Positions 56,198-64,000 of a DNA stretch of 64,000 bases are shown here, piece by piece. This stretch comes from Auanema rhodensis (taxonomy: Eukaryota; Animalia; Nematoda), in NCBI GenBank assembly GCA_964057225.1, contig OZ059899.1, positions 2,046,001 through 2,110,000 of the forward strand, read 5' to 3'. The translations under genes and the position numbers were made by a program. The notes below the pieces were generated by a model. That model was not told the DNA's origin, ran no database searches, and was given only the letters and a program-made list of their open reading frames with translations. Numbering within the stretch: position 1 is the stretch's first letter; the number at the start of each line of letters is the position of its first letter.

Positions 56198-59100
56198 TGT
56201 CAAAATGTTTTTGGAAGCAATGTTGAGTGTACATGGAAACTCAACATACACTAATGCATCATTTTTCAAACGATCATAACTAATTTTTGTATTAAGCTTT
56301 TCTCAATGTAGTATAGTGCATTCGATGCGGATTTTTAAGCTGCGTCGATCTGTGTTATCAGATTTGCGCTAGCTTAAAAATGCACCGAGATATCAACTGA
56401 TATAAGTTCACACTTATATCCTCGATTTTCACCCTGAAGAATCAATTTTTTCGTTGAATAACATTGTCTATCGTCTTTGCCTTGAAAAATGGAATCTAAA
56501 AACATCTACTTTTTGCTAAATTATTCTGAAATTTTTCGAAAAAATTTTTGTCAAAATGTTTTTGGAAGCAATGTTGAGTGTACATGGAAACTCAACATAC
56601 ACTAATGCATCATTTTTCAAACGATCATAACTAATTTTTGTATCAAGCTTTTTTCAATGTAGTATAGTGCATTCGATGCGGATTTTTAAGCTGCGTCGAT
56701 CTGTGTTATCAGATTTGCGCTAGCTTAAAAATGCACCGAGATATCAACTGATATAAGTTCACACTTATATCCTCGATTTTCACCCTGAACAATTAATTTT
56801 TTCGTTGAATAACATTGTCCATCGTCTTTGCCTTGAAAAATGGAATCTAAAAACATCTACTTTTTGCTAAATTATTTTGAAATTTTTCGAAAAAATTTTT
56901 GTCAAAATGTTTTTGGAAGCAATGTTGAGTGTACATGGAAACTCAACATACACTAATGCATCATTTTTCAAACGATCATAACTAATTTTTGTATCAAGCG
57001 TTTCTCGATGTAGTATAGTGCATTCGATGCGGATTTTTGAGCTGCGTCGATCTGTGTTATCAGATTTGCGCTAGCTTAAAAATGCACCGAGATATCAACT
57101 GATATAAGTTCACACTTATATCCTCGATTTTCACCCTGAAGAATTAATTTTTTCGTTGAATAACATTGTCCATCGTCTTTGCCTTAAAAAATGGAATCTA
57201 AAAACATCTACTTTTTGCTAAATTATTTTGAAATTTTTCGAAAAAATTTTTGTCAAAATGTTTTTGGAAGCAATGTTGAGTGTACATGGAAACTCAACAT
57301 ACACTAATGCATCATTTTTCAAACGATCATAACTAATTTTTGTATTAAGCTTTTCTCAATGTAGTATAGTGCATTCGATGCGGATTTTTAAGCTGCGTCG
57401 ATCTGTGTTATCAGATTTGCGCTAGCTTAAAAATGCACCGAGATATCAACTGATATAAGTTCACACTTATATCCTCGATTTTCACCCTGAAGAATCAATT
57501 TTTTCGTTGAATAACATTGTCTATCGTCTTTGCCTTGAAAAATGGAATCTAAAAACATCTACATTTTGCTAAATTATTTTGAAATTTTTCGAAAAAATTT
57601 TTGTCAAAATGTTTTTGGAAGCAATGTTGAGTGTACATGGAAACTCAACATACACTAATGCATCATTTTTCAAACGATCATAACTAATTTTTGTATCAAG
57701 CTTTTCTCAATGTAGTATAGTGCATTCGATGCGGATTTTTAAGCTGCGTCGATCTGTGTTATCAGATTTGCGCTAGCTTAAAAATGCACCGAGATATCAA
57801 CTGATATAAGTTCACACTTATATCCTCGATTTTCACCCTGAAGAATTAATTTTTTCGTTGAATAACATTGTCTATCGTCTTTGCCTTGAAAAATGGAATC
57901 TAAAAACATCTACTTTTTGCTAAATTATTTTGAAATTTTTCGAAAAAATTTTTGTCAAAATGTTTTTGGAAGCAATGTTGAGTGTACATGGAAACTCAAC
58001 ATACACTAATGCATCATTTTTCAAACGATCATAACTAATTTTTGTATTAAGCTTTTCTCAATGTAGTATAGTGCATTCGATGCGGATTTTTAAGCTGCGT
58101 CGATCTGTGTTATCAGATTTGCGCTAGCTTAAAAATGCACCGAGATATCAACTGATATAAGTTCACACTTATATCCTCGATTTTCACCCTGAAGAATCAA
58201 TTTTTTCGTTGAATAACATTGTCTATCGTCTTTGCCTTGAGAAATGGAATCTAAAAACATCTACTTTTTGCTAAATTATTTTGAAATTTTTCGAAAAAAT
58301 TTTTGTCAAAATGTTTTTGGAAGCAATGTTGAGTGTACATGGAAACTCAACATACACTAATGCATCATTTTTCAAACGATCATAACTAATTTTTGTATTA
58401 AGCTTTTCTCAATGTAGTATAGTGCATTCGATGCGGATTTTTAAGCTGCGTCGATCTGTGTTATCAGATTTGCGCTAGCTTAAAAATGCACCGAGATATC
58501 AACTGATATAAGTTCACACTTATATCCTCGATTTTCACCCTGAAGAATCAATTTTTTCGTTGAATAACATTGTCTATCGTCTTTGCCTTGAAAAATGGAA
58601 TCTAAAAACATCTACTTTTTGCTAAATTATTTTGAAATTTTTCGAAAAAATTTTTGTCAAAATGTTTTTGGAAGCAATGTTGAGTGTACATGGAAACTCA
58701 ACATACACTAATGCATCATTTTTCAAACGATCATAACTAATTTTTGTATCAAGCTTTTCTCAATGTAGTATAGTGCATTCGATGCGGATTTTTAAGCTGC
58801 GTCGATCTGTGTTATCAGATTTGCGCTAGCTTGAAAATGCACCGAGATATCAACTGATATAAGTTCACACTTATATCCTCGATTTTCACCCTGAACAATT
58901 AATTTTTTCGTTGAATAACATTGTCTATCGTCTTTGCCTTGAAAAATGGAATCTAAAAACATCTACTTTTTGCTAAATTATTTTGAAATTTTTCGAAAAA
59001 ATTTTTGTCAAAATGTTTTTGGAAGCAATGTTGAGTGTACATGGAAACTCAACATACACTAATGCATCATTTTTCAAACGATCATAACTAATTTTTGTAT

Positions 59101-60409
59101 TAAGCTTTTCTCAATGTAGTATAGTGCATTCGATGCGGATTTTTAAGCTGCGTCGATCTGTGTTATCAGATTTGCGCTAGCTTAAAAATGCACCGAGATA
59201 TCAACTGATATAAGTTCACACTTATATCCTCGATTTTCACCCTGAAGAATCAATTTTTTCGTTGAATAACATTGTCTATCGTCTTTGCCTTGAAAAATGG
59301 AATCTAAAAACATCTACTTTTTGCTAAATTATTTTGAAATTTTTCGAAAAAATTTTTGTCAAAATGTTTTTGGAAGCAATGTTGAGTGTACATGGAAACT
59401 CAACATACACTAATGCATCATTTTTCAAACGATCATAACTAATTTTTGTATTAAGCTTTTCTCAATGTAGTATAGTGCATTCGATGCGGATTTTTAAGCT
59501 GCGTCGATCTGTGTTATCAGATTTGCGCTAGCTTAAAAATGCACCGAGATATCAACTGATATAAGTTCACACTTATATCCTCGATTTTCACCCTGAACAA
59601 TTAATTTTTTCGTTGAATAACATTGTCTATCGTCTTTGCCTTGAAAAATGGAATCTAAAAACATCTACTTTTTGCTAAATTATTTTGAAATTTTTCGAAA
59701 AAATTTTTGTCAAAATGTTTTTGGAAGCAATGTTGAGTGTACATGGAAACTCAACATACACTAATGCATCATTTTTCAAACGATCATAACTAATTTTTGT
59801 ATCAAGCTTTTCTCAATGTAGTATAGTGCATTCGATGCGGATTTTTAAGCTGCGTCGATCTGTGTTATCAGATTTGCGCTAGCTTAAAAATGCACCGAGA
59901 TATCAACTGATATAAGTTCACACTTATATCCTCGATTTTCACCCTGAACAATTAATTTTTTCGTTGAATAACATTGTCCATCGTCTTTGCCTTGAAAAAT
60001 GGAATCTAAAAACATCTACTTTTTGCTAAATTATTTTGAAATTTTTCGAAAAAATTTTTGTCAAAATGTTTTTGGAAGCAATGTTGAGTGTACATGGAAA
60101 CTCAACATACACTAATGCATCATTTTTCAAACAATCATAACTAATTTGTGTATTAAGCGTTTCTCAATGTAGTATAGTGCATTCGATGCGGATTTTTAAG
60201 CTGCGTCGATCTGTGTTATCAGATTTGCGCTAGCTTAAAAATGCACCGAGATATCAACTGATATAAGTTCACACTTATATCCTCGATTTTCACCCTGAAC
60301 AATTAATTTTTTCGTTGAATAACATTGTCCATCGTCTTTGCCTTGAAAAATGGAATCTAAAAACATCTACTTTTTGCTAAATTATTTTGAAATTTTTCGA
60401 AAAAATTTT

Positions 60410-63217
60410 TGTCAAAATGTTTTTGGAAGCAATGTTGAGTGTACATGGAAACTCAACATACACTAATGCATCATTTTTCAAACGATCATAACTAATTTTT
60501 GTATCAAGCGTTTCTCGATGTAGTATAGTGCATTCGATGCGGATTTTTAAGCTGCGTCGATCTGTGTTATCAGATTTGCGCTAGCTTAAAAATGCACCGA
60601 GATATCAACTGATATAAGTTCACACTTATATCCTCGATTTTCACCCTGAAGAATTAATTTTTTCGTTGAATAACATTGTCCATCGTCTTTGCCTTGAAAA
60701 ATGGAATTTAAAAACATCTACTTTTTGCTAAATTATTTTGAAATTTTTCGAAAAAATTTTTGTCAAAATGTTTTTGGAAGCAATGTTGAGTGTACATGGA
60801 AACTCAACATACACTAATGCATCATTTTTCAAACAATCATAACTAATTTGTGTATTAAGCGTTTCTCAATGTAGTATAGTGCATTCGATGCGGATTTTTA
60901 AGCTGCGTCGATCTGTGTTATCAGATTTGCGCTAGCTTAAAAATGCATCGAGATATCAACTGATATAAGTTCATACTTATATCCTCGATTTTCACCCTGA
61001 AGAATTGATTTTTTCGTTGAATAACATTGTCTATCGTCTTTGCCTTAAAAAATGGAATCTAAAAACTTCTACTTTTTGCTAAATTATTTTGAAATTTTTC
61101 GAAAAAATTTTTGTCAAAATGTTTTTGGAAGCAATGTTGAGTGTACATGGAAACTCAACATACACTAATGCATCATTTTTCAAACGATCATAACTAATTT
61201 TTGTATTAAGCTTTTCTCAATGTAGTATAGTGCATTCGATGCGGATTTTTAAGCTGCGTCGATCTGTGTTATCAGATTTGCGCTAGCTTAAAAATGCACC
61301 GAGATATCAACTGATATAAGTTCACACTTATATCCTCGATTTTCACCCTGAAGAATTGATTTTTTCGTTGAATAACATTGTCTATCGTCTTTGCCTTAAA
61401 AAATGGAATCTAAAAACTTCTACTTTTTGCTAAATTATTTTGAAATTTTTCGAAAAAATTTTTGTCAAAATGTTTTTGGAAGCAATGTTGAGTGTACATG
61501 GAAACTCAACATACACTAATGCATCATTTTTCAAACGATCATAACTAATTTTTGTATTAAGCTTTTCTCAATGTAGTATAGTGCATTCGATGCGGATTTT
61601 TAAGCTGCGTCGATCTGTGTTATCAGATTTGCGCTAGCTTAAAAATGCACCGAGATATCAACTGATATAAGTTCACACTTATATCCTCGATTTTCACCCT
61701 GAAGAATTAATTTTTTCGTTGAATAACATTGTCCATCGTCTTTGCCTTGAAAAATGGAATCTAAAAACATCTACTTTTTGCTAAATTATTTTGAAATTTT
61801 TCGAAAAAATTTTTGTCAAAATGTTTTTGGAAGCAATGTTGAGTGTACATGGAAACTCAACATACACTAATGCATCATTTTTCAAACGATCATAACTAAT
61901 TTTTGTATCAAGCGTTTCTCGATGTAGTATAGTGCATTCGATGCGGATTTTTAAGCTGCGTCGATCTGTGTTATCAGATTTGCGCTAGCTTAAAAATGCA
62001 CCGAGATATCAACTGATATAAGTTCACACTTATATCCTCGATTTTCACCCTGAAGAATTAATTTTTTCGTTGAATAACATTGTCCATCGTCTTTGCCTTG
62101 AAAAATGGAATTTAAAAACATCTACTTTTTGCTAAATTATTTTGAAATTTTTCGAAAAAATTTTTGTCAAAATGTTTTTGGAAGCAATGTTGAGTGTACA
62201 TGGAAACTCAACATACACTAATGCATCATTTTTCAAACAATCATAACTAATTTGTGTATTAAGCGTTTCTCAATGTAGTATAGTGCATTCGATGCGGATT
62301 TTTAAGCTGCGTCGATCTGTGTTATCAGATTTGCGCTAGCTTAAAAATGCACCGAGATATCAACTGATATAAGTTCACACTTATATCCTCGATTTTCACC
62401 CTGAAGAATTGATTTTTTCGTTGAATAACATTGTCTATCGTCTTTGCCTTAAAAAATGGAATCTAAAAACTTCTACTTTTTGCTAAATTATTTTGAAATT
62501 TTTCGAAAAAATTTTTGTCAAAATGTTTTTGGAAGCAATGTTGAGTGTACATGGAAACTCAACATACACTAATGCATCATTTTTCAAACGATCATAACTA
62601 ATTTTTGTATTAAGCTTTTCTCAATGTAGTATAGTGCATTCGATGCGGATTTTTAAGCTGCGTCGATCTGTGTTATCAGATTTGCGCTAGCTTAAAAATG
62701 CACCGAGATATCAACTGATATAAGTTCACACTTATATCCTCGATTTTCACCCTGAAGAATTGATTTTTTCGTTGAATAACATTGTCTATCGTCTTTGCCT
62801 TAAAAAATGGAATCTAAAAACTTCTACTTTTTGCTAAATTATTTTGAAATTTTTCGAAAAAATTTTTGTCAAAATGTTTTTGGAAGCAATGTTGAGTGTA
62901 CATGGAAACTCAACATACACTAATGCATCATTTTTCAAACGATCATAACTAATTTTTGTATTAAGCTTTTCTCAATGTAGTATAGTGCATTCGATGCGGA
63001 TTTTTAAGCTGCGTCGATCTGTGTTATCAGATTTGCGCTAGCTTAAAAATGCACCGAGATATCAACTGATATAAGTTCACACTTATATCCTCGATTTTCA
63101 CCCTGAAGAATCAATTTTTTCGTTGAATAACATTGTCTATCGTCTTTGCCTTGAAAAATGGAATCTAAAAACATCTACTTTTTGCTAAATTATTTTGAAA
63201 TTTTTCGAAAAAATTTT
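60410..63217. repeat. Tetramer x2 (1404 bp)
   Basis: The GGAATTTA variant lies at 60708 and 62112. Each is followed by two monomers carrying CCTTAAAA plus AACTTCT. Confidence 0.78.
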
Positions 63218-64000
63218 TGTCAAAATGTTTTTGGAAGCAATGTTGAGTGTACATGAAAACTCAACATACACTAATGCATCATTTTTCAAACGATCATAAC
63301 TAATTTTTGTATTAAGCTTTTCTCAATGTAGTATAGTGCATTCGATGCGGATTTTTAAGCTGCGTCGATCTGTGTTATCAGATTTGCGCTAGCTTAAAAA
63401 TGCACCGAGATATCAACTGATATAAGTTCACACTTATATCCTCGATTTTCACCCTGAACAATTAATTTTTTCGTTGAATAACATTGTCCATCGTCTTTGC
63501 CTTGAAAAATGGAATCTAAAAACATCTACTTTTTGCTAAATTATTTTGAAATTTTTCGAAAAAATTTTTGTCAAAATGTTTTTGGAAGCAATGTTGAGTG
63601 TACATGGAAACTCAACATACACTAATGCATCATTTTTCAAACAATCATAACTAATTTGTGTATTAAGCGTTTCTCAATGTAGTATAGTGCATTCGATGCG
63701 GATTTTTAAGCTGCGTCGATCTGTGTTATCAGATTTGCGCTAGCTTAAAAATGCACCGAGATATCAACTGATATAAGTTCACACTTATATCCTCGATTTT
63801 CACCCTGAACAATTAATTTTTTCGTTGAATAACATTGTCCATCGTCTTTGCCTTGGAAAATGGAATCTAAAAACATCTACTTTTTGCTAAATTATTTTGA
63901 AATTTTTCGAAAAAATTTTTGTCAAAATGTTTTTGGAAGCAATGTTGAGTGTACATGGAAACTCAACATACACTAATGCATCATTTTTCAAACGATCATA

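Larger units (their letters stand above)
1..64000. repeat. Tandem satellite DNA array, 351-bp monomer, 182 full copies plus a partial copy, running off both window ends
   Basis: TGTCAAAATG recurs in exact 351-bp phase (1, 352, 703 ... 3511, 7021, 24571). The phase shifts only at five indel monomers: +13 (next starts 24935, 29160, 29524) and -1 (next starts 50232, 51284). The last start is at 63920. Monomer 1 has 112 G+C in 351 bp (~32%). Confidence 0.99.
32332..64000. repeat. Right satellite subfamily domain (monomers 93-183)
   Basis: Variants CTCGATG (pos 109; first at 32790), GCTAACT (175; first ~33208), CTGAACA (242; first ~33275), ATAGCAT (264) and AATTGAAT (294) appear only from here on. 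Confidence 0.8.

Noticed and set aside
1-64000. Giant repetitive ORF (351 is divisible by 3, giving a 117-codon period)
   Set aside because: All six frames have stops in every monomer. Plus strand: TAA 55-57, TAA 80-82, TGA/TAA 27-29. Minus strand: TCA at 3-5, 44-46 and 196-198.
1-64000. CRISPR array suggested by regularly spaced short palindromes
   Set aside because: The sequence between palindromes is nearly identical in every copy, so there are no unique spacers. There is also no leader or cas gene.

Overview
The whole 64 kb window is one head-to-tail satellite DNA array on a single strand. I saw no inversions, insertions of foreign sequence, genes or RNA genes. The monomer is 351 bp (TGTCAAAATG recurs at 1, 352, 3511, 7021, 24571) and about 32% GC. 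There are 182 complete monomers plus 81 bp of a 183rd. Only five monomers differ in length: three are 364 bp (13-bp duplication) and two are 350 bp (1-bp deletion). Monomers differ by only a few SNPs. Each monomer carries four dyad-symmetry elements: two 9-bp-stem hairpins, a 67-nt long hairpin and an A/T-rich palindrome across the monomer junction. SNP haplotypes split the array into a left subfamily domain (1 to ~32.3 kb) and a right domain (~32.3 kb onward), and the right domain has a distal sub-domain from ~53 kb. Short, nascent higher-order repeats of 2, 3, 4, 5/6, 7, 12/13, 14 and 18 monomers are nested within these domains. The picture fits a eukaryotic (peri)centromeric or heterochromatic satellite with no CpG depletion. 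Host and family cannot be identified from the sequence alone, and I found no protein-coding system. All coordinates and counts were read by eye and should be confirmed computationally.
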